Positions 38,101 through 42,941 are shown, counted from the first letter of the stretch. The stretch: 64,000 nt of DNA from Elusimicrobiota bacterium (GCA_016218495.1 JACRDU010000097.1:841-64840); one strand, 5' to 3'. Program-made: numbers and translations. The notes: a model not told the origin generated them from the sequence alone.

Positions 38101-39419
38101 AGCTCCTCCCTCCCAAGTCCGGGAGCAACGCGGTCGACGACAAGGACATGCCCAAGACCTGGAGCAAGGCCGAGGTCGCCGCCCTGCGCGGCTTCCTCCA
38201 GGGAGTCCTCTCCTCCGGGCAGGGCTGGGACCAGGGCACCGGGACCCGCGAGCTCACCAAGGAGGAGAAGGCCTACCTCGAGAATACGCTCAAGTCCCTC
38301 GATTCGCTCATCTCCAACTACGACGCCCCCAAGCCCGCCGCGAAGAGCCTGCACGGCGGCGCCTTCGGGCTGTTGGCCGTCGGGGCCGTAGGCCTGGGCT
38401 CCACGCCCGCGGCGGCGGCCTCGGGCCTGCTGCTGCCCGTGCTGGCCCTGGCCGCCGCGGCCTTCGCCGTCTATGCCGGCTGGCTCATCTTCAAGGACCG
38501 CGCGCCGCAGCAGGCGCCCGCCGCGCCGCGCCTGGGCCCTTCGCAAGAGGTGCTGGCGCGCTACAAGAAGCTCGACCTGGCCGCCAAGAAGCTGGCCGCG
38601 TCGCTGACCGAGGGGAAGTTCCGCTCCCGCCTGGTCGGCCCCAGCGGCTTGAGCTTCGCCGAGCTGGCCGCCTACCAGGGCGAGGACATCAAGTCCATCA
38701 ACTGGAAGGCCTCGGCCAAGTCCGACGACCTGCTCGTCAACCGCTACGAGCAGGACAAGGACATGCCGCTCATGCTGCTCATCGACCTGTCCGCCTCCGG
38801 GGACTTCGCGGCCGGCGGCACCGAGAAGCGGCGCGTCATCGAGGACGCCGCGGCCCTGCTGGCCCTGACGGCGGCCCGCCGCAACATCCGCGTCGGCGCC
38901 CTGCTCTTCACCGACCGCATCGAAGCCTTCATCCCGCCCGCCGGCGGCCAGCGCCATGCCTGGGAGCTGGCGCGCCAGGTCATCGACAAGGCCCCCCAGG
39001 GCAGCAAGACCGACCTCAAGCTGGCGCTCGACTTCGCCAACACCCGCTTCCGGAGCCGCGCCATGGTGGTCCTGCTCTCCGACCTGCTCGGGGAAGGCTG
39101 GGAGTCCTCTTTGACCGCCGTGGCCAAGCGCCACGACTTCCGCGCGGTGCGCGTGGCCGACCCGGCCGAGGTGAAGCCCCTGCCCGACGCCGGGCTCGTC
39201 CTGATGCGCGACGCCGAGGCCGGCTCCCAGGGCTGGGCGGACACTTCGAGCCGCTCGTACCGCGAAGCCGCCGGACAGGCCGTGAAGGGCCGCGAACGCC
39301 GCATCGCCGCCGCCCTCGAGGCCGCCCGCACCCGGGCGCTGACGCTTTACACGGACCAAGACCCCATCGAGGAACTGTCGCGCAGGTTCCTGGCCAAGAA
39401 GGCCGGAGCCCGAGACTAA
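29175..39419 (+). CDS. Giant (3,414-codon) polytopic fusion protein: BatD-like Ig module, BatA-like vWA, BatC-like TPR, BatB-like vWA, long helical/HEAT-like region with 3x repeat, and C-terminal DUF58
   Basis: A single stop-free frame of 10,245 nt, with recognisable modules all in that frame (listed as sub-features below). Possible starts are GTG 29175, ATG 29184 or GTG 29250 (VKRAIASALAAIMLVL…). The gene ends in TAA 39417-39419, 11 nt before the moxR ATG. The 2,848-aa antisense ORF is G/R/A/L-rich low-complexity junk. Confidence 0.85.
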   Translation: MGPMTPAGLPHRLNKKIRVSATLSPVKRAIASALAAIMLVLSPGTGCWQAMAQVVTRTGPAAAPARVVVGAPGALGASPTLSAPTLSAPSLSVTLPSPAAPTARGAASASAAAAQSAVPAGLPAPARAAGTVSASAAAPAARAAAQTQGREAVSAGLKNTVKAAAPMLEAAKSGSGGDAHRAGIQLEELLSGAPRRAASDAVTPAPASRLPSFTGRARLGSARVIGAAPSAVMNAVAAPAAPRPSLASRFSASFRRAFLFIRKTAAVATLAAFLPVFGMFGGTPFQILPPVTVQAQLPGQVPGAQVPVAPPQAGVPQAQVPTAQAPVVQASPIEVSVPQTVQGRTVGESVTYSVTLRNTSNAPVTVSSVRTAVEEALPWTLEVTGDADAAPLTLAPGESKTLTFTLLPFDSGKLVLEGAELTIPTSDPEKPIVVKIPSTTFEVASVLTPDWKEKGFKDLAELRRGETPSLLWLLAVPVALLAIAGAERLLASRRRGSEPVVHNGPALDAARTRRARLEEGAASMDARQFYGETLTLVDRLLSDLRGMPRRERAPAQLLKEAAEKYSSGQLSVARRTLETAEAALHGGRADSPEARRQVLVALRELLADLSDQPRPEAPKAGLAGLAALLGTATVSFAHPWALLLLLPIAGWALHKWRQSRTEGWATTAPIPAQTGWKARLRWVPGLLRSSAIALTMLALAGPQLGVKRTETYIPSSDTVIAGDVSGSMSGARLDGLKRAVKDYLVEQRRGSNNRVGLTTFSDEPYLAVSLTTDYDALISRIKETETEGSTAVGKAMLSSISHFLELNIMQLDQSDARVVEMRKMVLGEDLSGALEFAKRHPDLLQKVLQPDHTKILVVFTDGESNTGIDPVAAAKIAKQLGIKVYTVGIQIGSGEQALKDVAQITGGIYFRAEDADGMRNALLDISRLEKSPSLVRSQVAVKDLTTLLALLALLSVTLEVGLSSTKLRTLPAFILAGLMGFSAVQGPAPQPQGAAPQAQASVDAPRGIIERLPLSGVPQEMAEGNALYLQGRYADAVKRYGQALESHPDVPALYFNLGNAYLRLGDVERAARAYGRFLELEKDPKAASEAIYNLANGALMKQDAEKAIELYREALRRDPSNASAKWNLEVVMRLMEEQQKQQGQDGKQQQKQKKGKKGQKGQKGQQGQQQGQKGDQQGEPGDQDGEPGDQQGKPGDKQGKPGDKPGSDAKPSQGERDKGVDGLIQEQGKAEQDGKNGQRGAVPRKGSGVWGFSLAGLGAAAAGFQAPLWLGVALVAVPLVAALVAYAVRKKISAAKSLAPREAPKRFADWAGKRRWTAKLMLLLASVLGLAITAGDPVWGTRDARLNFGGKDVIVAADVSASTLYAEDGRGARIEGELSEFVTRMQGTDRIGLVVFAGKARTASPLSSDYGTFEFKVGRLEREARGLSSGSDLSSAIEHAAKVFNGAKKVGDRQRILIVVSDGEIFDKDLSKAIDAARKAGITIYAIGVGDAGGTRIALPKADGSGSEYLIDEKTGQPAMTRLNEETLRQLASATGGYYFRSSEKASMGGILGKVAAMSQGSETDAIKTPRGIGYVFLTPALLLLLLEAFLPAVPLLRGRRVKAAPAAAPSAPAKTLNGGALLGLAAIPLGLWPQVLPFAALTAVLAGVLLYDISTRGALTRAARAWLGRKAPAEGLQKDLFALFDRPGDTRERWRTTDHAAVSSFVEGWRASSSETRRVLARKAAADPELWREKLVAALLAESAWPAKRGSDEALDAVLSALNTAKRGSLLPLEPIVLGVLDRRAELPWLSHPAVLRPLSRLAAAELDDSAPASRAALQSLASEADGAVASAAREALGDQAPAFKPTRARRIARSGALVFLAAMMGLTGLAGYKTVEFDAARRQAAETALSIFYGEDLFIFTDAYSDERIPREVLPVLKEWHATGKAAASDLAKALEVLRSSPDPKADNILEAVFKRADLMPLTDASENLLLKTLIERDNEPVWRFLNEYMASNGENEKATARLIKMIRIGAELGSEDVFQNTFHFLKSPNQTVRQEAAQAIRASLQAPERAGQLAARLKAVTEKHPEDPTINMWVAFFTLDRLAAADANTIDLGPLDDLLTVALKNAAKGDAARAALIAQVKPGEEDKLPPPALVQAFGLMERSLDRAAGLGANTDPLSLAARKQADVATKNIIVEGRAVFPELKLQLQNNGVMLPDPAPQPSSQGPEDSYDDYHGHGGYGGSYVNPDAVYRPTYTQQHLKALAQAVADARDAAGEKLTPQQREFADRALKSIEAMLSAGAKAGMPEGGTAAEAAADDVNSVLVEGTQKLPGSAFLAELRAAKLAPDAKVGNEKSRAYRQSYAAEDLLKIRAFLIDLLSRGTAAEGGKSSALNWSQKQFLADAITRLDAAIAKHYPAAAALIPADPSAAPLAAFTAAAKAGDEAALTKALTELKAVYDAAPVKDVVLARFKAAYPQSAVGYNDSVRMPVLRFWLDRLAEADGAKLDREGVLEILKAVSPDKMEAGKALAAYDALAKALQASATPAPALVEFAQEQVRLGAKRAYDGAKDALDAKAFAALQNTLRAERLLTKDLAMREVVKPVHLRALEASLKASKKAPAWTVSTVAKLQALTKAAGVPDGGTTAERAADAVNEMLGKGDNAFPSAAWYDALRAEGLAPAGSARGWERALAQSYTPDQLRALNAFINRTLSSGQGWDYSGKPSELTPAQGKALAEMAEALDSALAQFYPDQAALQPAALGRLVANGDHAAASARLAAAGSPAEALAILDAAAERSAGSAEAQKLAARLLAEALSGKNGPGLLEKEESLGFLHELGERLGAREGEALGQLSSALRAAPNPTLKAFIAAAVDARAEELADSIKGAPGAEQALIEAGVVTKRGYSSDTRSSFTQRHLRGLQAEAARLASVKGLTEEQSSAVDKAQKLLPDLLKAAVDAGVPTGTAPGDIAAERLSDIVYEGHMLFPGSRFVDELRAAKLLPPKSGSNAVDDKDMPKTWSKAEVAALRGFLQGVLSSGQGWDQGTGTRELTKEEKAYLENTLKSLDSLISNYDAPKPAAKSLHGGAFGLLAVGAVGLGSTPAAAASGLLLPVLALAAAAFAVYAGWLIFKDRAPQQAPAAPRLGPSQEVLARYKKLDLAAKKLAASLTEGKFRSRLVGPSGLSFAELAAYQGEDIKSINWKASAKSDDLLVNRYEQDKDMPLMLLIDLSASGDFAAGGTEKRRVIEDAAALLALTAARRNIRVGALLFTDRIEAFIPPAGGQRHAWELARQVIDKAPQGSKTDLKLALDFANTRFRSRAMVVLLSDLLGEGWESSLTAVAKRHDFRAVRVADPAEVKPLPDAGLVLMRDAEAGSQGWADTSSRSYREAAGQAVKGRERRIAAALEAARTRALTLYTDQDPIEELSRRFLAKKAGARD
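30171..30510 (+). other. Giant ORF module: Ig-like beta-sandwich (BatD/CARDB/DUF11-like) followed by a TM helix
   Basis: IEVSVPQTVQGRTVGESVTYSVTLRNTSNAPVTVSSV…LTLAPGESKTLTFTLLP…IPSTTFEVAS, then LLWLLAVPVALLAIAG. The assignment is by pattern and is tentative. Confidence 0.45.
31080..31925 (+). other. Giant ORF module: BatA-like N-terminal TM pair plus vWA domain
   Basis: FAHPWALLLLLPIAGWAL… (BatA-type N-terminus), a MIDAS DVSGS at nt 31341-31355, …VGLTTFSDEPY…EGSTAVGKAM…ILVVFTDGESNTG…IKVYTVG…. Confidence 0.75.
32238..32560 (+). other. Giant ORF module: TPR repeats (BatC-like)
   Basis: AEGNALYLQGRYADAVKRYGQALESHPDVPALYFNLGNAYLRLGDVERAARAYGRFLELE…AEKAIELYREALRRDPSNASAKWNL. Confidence 0.75.
32581..32830 (+). 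repeat. In-frame Q/K/G/D/P low-complexity tract, including four tandem 21-nt repeats (32706-32789)
   Basis: …QQKQQGQDGKQQQKQKKGKKGQKGQKGQQGQQQGQKGDQQ, then GEPGDQD-GEPGDQQ-GKPGDKQ-GKPGDKP. The units start at 32706, 32727, 32748 and 32769. Confidence 0.9.
32964..33810 (+). other. Giant ORF module: BatB-like TM pair plus second vWA domain
   Basis: FQAPLWLGVALVAVPLVAALVAY…, a MIDAS DVSAS at nt 33246-33260, …RIGLVVFAGKARTASPL…GSDLSSAIEHA…ILIVVSDGE…ITIYAIGVG…GGYYFRS. Confidence 0.75.
35871..38333 (+). repeat. Three divergent tandem copies of a ~310-350-aa helical module inside the giant ORF
   Basis: The conserved cores are at 35871-36368, 36912-37364 and 37836-38333. Examples: …TQQHLKALAQ…AGMPEGGTAAEAAADDVNSV…LRAAKLAPD…IRAFLIDLLSRG…AIAKHYP; …VHLRALEA…AGVPDGGTTAERAADAVNEM…LRAEGLAPA…LNAFINRTLSSGQGWD…ALAQFYP; …TQRHLRGLQA…AGVPTGTAPGDIAAERLSDI…LRAAKLLPP…LRGFLQGVLSSGQGWD…LISNYD. 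Confidence 0.8.
38545..39416 (+). other. Giant ORF module: DUF58 (vWA-like, MoxR-associated) domain, preceded by TM helices
   Basis: …YQGEDIKSINWKASAKSDDLLVNRYEQDKDMPLMLLIDLSASGDF… (DLSAS at nt 38784-38798), then …VGALLFTDRIEAFIPP…SKTDLKLAL…AMVVLLSDL…. The preceding hydrophobic stretch FGLLAVGAVGLG…LLLPVLALAAAAFAVYAGWLIF lies at ~38350-38500. Confidence 0.8.
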
Positions 39420-39430
39420 AGGAGCCGAAC

Positions 39431-41251
39431 ATGAAAACCAAGACCCTTGAACGGACCGAGACGCTGCTGGCCATGCTGGTGGCCGCCGCCCTCGTCTCCC
39501 CGACGCCGGCGGCCGCGCAGGCCATGCGCACCGCCGCCCCCGCGGCACGGACCGGCCTCTCCGGCGTCGGCGCGGCCGGCTCCGTCACGGTCTCCCCGAG
39601 CGCGGCGTCCCTGGCCCCGACGGCCCCCGGGCTCGCTCCCGTGCTGCCCTCCGCCTCGGTATCCCTGCCGCAGGTCTCCCCGACGGCCAGGCCCGCCGCC
39701 GCCGCCCCCGCGCAGGCCGGAGGACTGCCGGCCCGGGCCTCGGCGGCCGCCCCCGCCGCGGCACCGGTGACCGTTAACGGCGCCCGGGCGGCCAAGGCCC
39801 TCTCCGCCTCCGCTTCTCCCATCGGCGAAGTGCTGAGCGGCATGCCCGAGGCCTCCAAGGCCGCGCCGTCGGCGTCCTTCTCCGCCGGGGTCTCCCTCGA
39901 GGACGCCATGACCCGCCGCGGCAGCCGGGCCGGTTCTGACGCCGTCGTCCCCATCCCCCCGCGCACGATGCGCGGCAGCCTGCTCGCCCGCCCCAACGGC
40001 GCGCTCAACGCGGTCGGGACGGAGGACTGGGTCCCGCTGGCGCAGGCGGTCCCCGCCCCCAGGCCGGGAGGCGCGCTGGCCCTGGCCGCGGCCGCCACGA
40101 AGGACATGCTGGGCACGACCGCCGGCAAGCTGGCCCTGCTGGGGCTCGGCGCCGCGGTGGGGCTCTTGGCGCTGCACGCCTACCTGCCCGCGGCGGTGGC
40201 CTCGCTGTCGCTGTTGCTGATGTCCGGCACGCTGGCGCGTACCCCCGCCCCCGAGGCGGCCCCCGAGGACGCGGCGCTGACCGCCGAAGTGAAGGAGGTC
40301 TCCGGGCTCATCGGCAAGCTGCGCGCCGAGGTCGGGAACGTCATCGTCGGCCAGCAGGAGATGGTGGACTCCATCATCATGGCGATGATCGCCAACGAAC
40401 ACCTCCTCCTCGAAGGCGTGCCGGGCGTGGCGAAGACCGCCACCATCAAGACCTTCGCCGCCGCCACCGGGGCCGACTTCCAGGTCATCCAGGGCACGCC
40501 CGACAAGATGCCCGCCGACATCCTGGGCGCTGAGATCCTGCAGACCGACCAGGCCACCGGCCAGCGCGTGATGAAGCTTGAGAAGGGCCCCATCTTCGCG
40601 CAGTTCGTCCTGGCCGACGAGATCAACCGCATGATGCCGAAGACCCAGGCCGCTCTCCTGCAGGCCATGCAGGACCGCATGGTCTCCATCGGGCGCGAGA
40701 CCCTGCCCCTGCCCAAGCCCTTCCTGATGCTGGCCACGATGAACCCGCTCGAACAGGAAGGCGTCAACGTGATGCCTGAAGCGCAGCTGGACCGCTTCAT
40801 GTTCAAGGTCATCGTCCCCCAGCCCAACCGCGAGGACCGCAAGCGCATCAACGAGATCAACCGCAAGCGCGAGAAGCCCAAGGCGTCGAAGGTCGTCAGC
40901 CTCGAGGACCTCGAGCGCGCCACGGCCCTGGCCGAGCGCGTGGCCCTGAGCGCCGGGATGTCCGAGTACATCCAGGACATCCTCGACGCCGCCCAGGACC
41001 CGTTTAAGTACGGGGTGGGCCAGAAAGGCCTCGTCGAACAGGCGATGGTCACCCGCGCCTCCATCATGATGGAGAAGGCCGCGCGCATCCAGGCCTTGAT
41101 GAACGGACGATCCTTCGTCACGGCGGAGGACGTCATGAAGGTGGCGCCCAAGATCCTGCGCCACCGCATCATCCTCAGCTACGCGGCCGGCGAGATGACG
41201 ACCGACCAGCTCATCGCGGAGATCCTGTCCACGCTCAAGATCCCGAGCTAG
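39431..41251 (+). CDS. MoxR-family AAA+ ATPase with ~275-aa N-terminal signal/Ala-Pro-Ser-rich/TM extension
   Basis: Last 606 codons of ORF 37118..41251, with AAAGGAG (39418-24) 6 nt before ATG 39431. The N-terminus reads MKTKTLERTETLLAMLVAAALVSPTPAAAQA…, with a hydrophobic segment LALLGLGAAVGLLALHAYLPAAVASLSLLLMSG. The MoxR core follows: VIVGQQEMVDSIIMAMIANEHLLLEGVPGVAKT (Walker A), FVLADEINRMMPKTQAALLQAMQD (Walker B), and …ILRHRIILSY. Confidence 0.9.
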   Translation: MKTKTLERTETLLAMLVAAALVSPTPAAAQAMRTAAPAARTGLSGVGAAGSVTVSPSAASLAPTAPGLAPVLPSASVSLPQVSPTARPAAAAPAQAGGLPARASAAAPAAAPVTVNGARAAKALSASASPIGEVLSGMPEASKAAPSASFSAGVSLEDAMTRRGSRAGSDAVVPIPPRTMRGSLLARPNGALNAVGTEDWVPLAQAVPAPRPGGALALAAAATKDMLGTTAGKLALLGLGAAVGLLALHAYLPAAVASLSLLLMSGTLARTPAPEAAPEDAALTAEVKEVSGLIGKLRAEVGNVIVGQQEMVDSIIMAMIANEHLLLEGVPGVAKTATIKTFAAATGADFQVIQGTPDKMPADILGAEILQTDQATGQRVMKLEKGPIFAQFVLADEINRMMPKTQAALLQAMQDRMVSIGRETLPLPKPFLMLATMNPLEQEGVNVMPEAQLDRFMFKVIVPQPNREDRKRINEINRKREKPKASKVVSLEDLERATALAERVALSAGMSEYIQDILDAAQDPFKYGVGQKGLVEQAMVTRASIMMEKAARIQALMNGRSFVTAEDVMKVAPKILRHRIILSYAAGEMTTDQLIAEILSTLKIPS

Positions 41252-41272
41252 ACTGGCGCAGGCCGGAACGGA

Positions 41273-41305
41273 CGGCCGGGCCGAGAGGCCCGGCCGTTTG
41301 CTTTG
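41273..41305 (+). terminator. Rho-independent terminator after moxR
   Basis: A perfect 10-bp GC stem CGGCCGGGCC-gaga-GGCCCGGCCG followed by TTTGCTTTG, starting 22 nt after the moxR stop. Confidence 0.75.
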
Positions 41306-41313
41306 ATATCGGG

Positions 41314-42783
41314 ATGGCGGACGCCGCAGAGCCGGAGGAAGGAGCCGAACTGGTCGAGCGCGGGTCTTTCCGCATCGACCGCCGCCGAGCCCTCGAGAAG
41401 CTCAGCCAGTACCAGCTGGGCAACCGCGCCCACTTCCTGCTCCCCTGGGTCCGCTTGGCCGCCCTGTCCGGGGCCTCGGAGGTGGGCCTGAAGCGCTTCG
41501 AGTTGGGGCTGCTACTCGAATTCGACGGCCGCCCGCTCGAGGCCGGCGTGCTCAAGAACCCCTATATGGCGCTGCTCGAGGAAGGCCTCGAGGATGAGGC
41601 ACGCGGCCGCTGCCTGGCGTACGGCCTGCTCGGGGCGCTGCGCGCCGGCGCCGTCAGCGTGGTCGCCGAGTCGGGCTCGGGGGCCAAGCGGCTGCGCCTG
41701 TGCGTCTCGGACCTGACCAAGGAGGACTCGGTCCCCGACGACTCCGACGAGGGGCGCACGATGATATGGGTGCACTGGAACGACGCCGGGCAGGTGGAGG
41801 CCCGCTGCGGCGCGGCCTTCGCCGCGCTCAGCGAGCGCTGCGCCCTGCTCAAGACGGCGCTCCGGATGGACGGCGTCCTCCATGCGTCCCGCCCGGCCCC
41901 CGCCGACGCGCCCTTCCTGCGCCTCGATGAGACGACGGCGCCTGAGGCGCTGCGCCCCCGGCTCGGTACGGGGCGCGTCCGGGGCTTCATCAAACCGCTC
42001 CACGGCACCCGGGACTCCGACGGCTATCTGTACTCGCACGGGGTGCTGGCCGAGGCCATCCGGTTCCCTGCGACCCTGGCCCCAGTGGAAGTCCACCTCG
42101 AGTCGGACGACTTCCGCCTGAACGCCGGGCTCTCCGGCGTCGTGCGCGACGGGTCTTCCGAGCCGGCCCTGCACCTGATGGACCTGAGCCCGCAGTCTCT
42201 GGTCGCCCACCTGTGCGCCCAGCGCAAGGCCCTGCCTAAGCCCCTGCATCCGCTCCGCCCGGATTCCCCGGGCCAGACCGCCCAGGAGACCATGACCGTC
42301 CTGCGCATGAACCTGGCGGGCAAGGGCGGGCCGCTGAGGCGCCTGCAGCGCTGGTCGGCCAAGCCCGGGGTCTCGGGACCCCGGGCGCGGGAATGGATGT
42401 CCGAGGGCCTGGTGCTCGCCTGGCTCCGGGGCGTAGCCTCGCGAGCCCTGCGCGACCCGGAGGAGGACAAGGGCCGTCTGGCGGGCCCGCTGTGGGACAC
42501 CCCGCTCTACATCAGCACGCAAGGCAAGCCCCTGACCCCGCGCGCCATCCGCAAGCAGGCCGGGGCCCGCGGCCGTCTGGTGGCCACCCTGCGCTGCGAG
42601 GAGGCGCCGGAAGGCACGGACTGGCCCTGGGTCGATTCCCCCGAAGACCCCTGCCTGAAGCGCATCCTGCCCGCCGGGGCGGAGCTCGAGGTCCGCTACG
42701 CCGACTCCTGGGCGGACCGCAAGGCCGCGCGCGCCCACGCCCTGCTGCTCGCCCGCGCCCGGCGCCGCTTGGGCCTCGAATGA
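41314..42783 (+). CDS. Hypothetical 489-aa cytoplasmic protein
   Basis: Well-composed ORF with high GC3 (MADAAEPEEGAELVERGSFRIDRRRALEKLSQYQLGNRAHFLLPWVRLAALSGASEV…). The 408-aa antisense ORF is junk-like. I cannot assign a family with confidence. Confidence 0.7.
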   Translation: MADAAEPEEGAELVERGSFRIDRRRALEKLSQYQLGNRAHFLLPWVRLAALSGASEVGLKRFELGLLLEFDGRPLEAGVLKNPYMALLEEGLEDEARGRCLAYGLLGALRAGAVSVVAESGSGAKRLRLCVSDLTKEDSVPDDSDEGRTMIWVHWNDAGQVEARCGAAFAALSERCALLKTALRMDGVLHASRPAPADAPFLRLDETTAPEALRPRLGTGRVRGFIKPLHGTRDSDGYLYSHGVLAEAIRFPATLAPVEVHLESDDFRLNAGLSGVVRDGSSEPALHLMDLSPQSLVAHLCAQRKALPKPLHPLRPDSPGQTAQETMTVLRMNLAGKGGPLRRLQRWSAKPGVSGPRAREWMSEGLVLAWLRGVASRALRDPEEDKGRLAGPLWDTPLYISTQGKPLTPRAIRKQAGARGRLVATLRCEEAPEGTDWPWVDSPEDPCLKRILPAGAELEVRYADSWADRKAARAHALLLARARRRLGLE

Positions 42784-42819
42784 GGAGCGAGGGTCTGACC
42801 CTTACGGAAAATCTGGGTC

Positions 42820-42848
42820 TTGACGACGGGAGGTTGGGGGGGTATATA
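42820..42848 (+). promoter_or_regulatory. Sigma-70-like promoter candidate (TTGACG-17-TATATA)
   Basis: TTGACG 42820-42825, a 17-nt spacer, and TATATA 42843-42848, in the 249-nt gap between the 489-aa gene and the GGDEF gene. Confidence 0.45.
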
Positions 42849-42854
42849 TCCGAT

Positions 42855-42941
42855 GGGAGACCCCTGCGGCTCCCACCAAGGCCTCCGGGGGCCTAAGGCC
42901 CCGGAATGAGGAAAGGCCCTTATGGGCCTTTCCTCGTTTAT
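42855..42941 (+). ncRNA. Candidate ~85-nt structured RNA (sRNA or terminator-containing 5' leader of the GGDEF gene)
   Basis: It lies downstream of the promoter candidate and has three hairpins. The first is GGGAG-N10-CTCCC (42855-42874). The second is CCGGGGGCC-taa-GGCCCCGG (42885-42904). The third has a 12-bp stem, GAGGAAAGGCCC-ttat-GGGCCTTTCCTC (42908-42935), followed by GTTTAT. I recognise no Rfam family. Confidence 0.35.

Noticed and set aside
37118-39430. The upstream 771 codons of ORF 37118..41251, which would give a 1,377-aa MoxR.
   Set aside because: That stretch overlaps the giant ORF in another frame and is Arg/Pro/Gly-rich. A Shine-Dalgarno (AAAGGAG) and ATG 39431 sit right after the giant ORF stop, which defines the real start.
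31002-39548. A 2,848-aa ORF antisense to the giant gene, the second-longest ORF in the window.
   Set aside because: Its product is Gly/Arg/Ala/Leu/Glu/Val-rich low complexity with no recognisable motifs. The plus strand in the same interval encodes vWA MIDAS motifs, TPRs and DUF58 in one frame. Long stop-free antisense frames are expected at this GC content, because stop codons are AT-rich.
42876-42904. Partial resemblance of AAGGCCUCCGGGGGCCUAAGGCC to the P2/P3 junction of c-di-GMP-I (GEMM-I) riboswitches, upstream of a GGDEF gene.
   Set aside because: Other conserved GEMM-I features (a GNRA tetraloop with its receptor, the ACGCAAAGC block) are not visible by eye. Similarity over ~15 nt of GC-rich sequence is weak. 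It is kept only as a hypothesis, to be tested with cmsearch, in the finding on the structured unit.
42853-42909. An 18-codon ORF (MGDPCGSHQGLRGPKAPE) inside the candidate structured RNA.
   Set aside because: There is no Shine-Dalgarno, the region is dominated by stable hairpins, and the composition is unremarkable. It is more parsimonious to treat the region as RNA structure.
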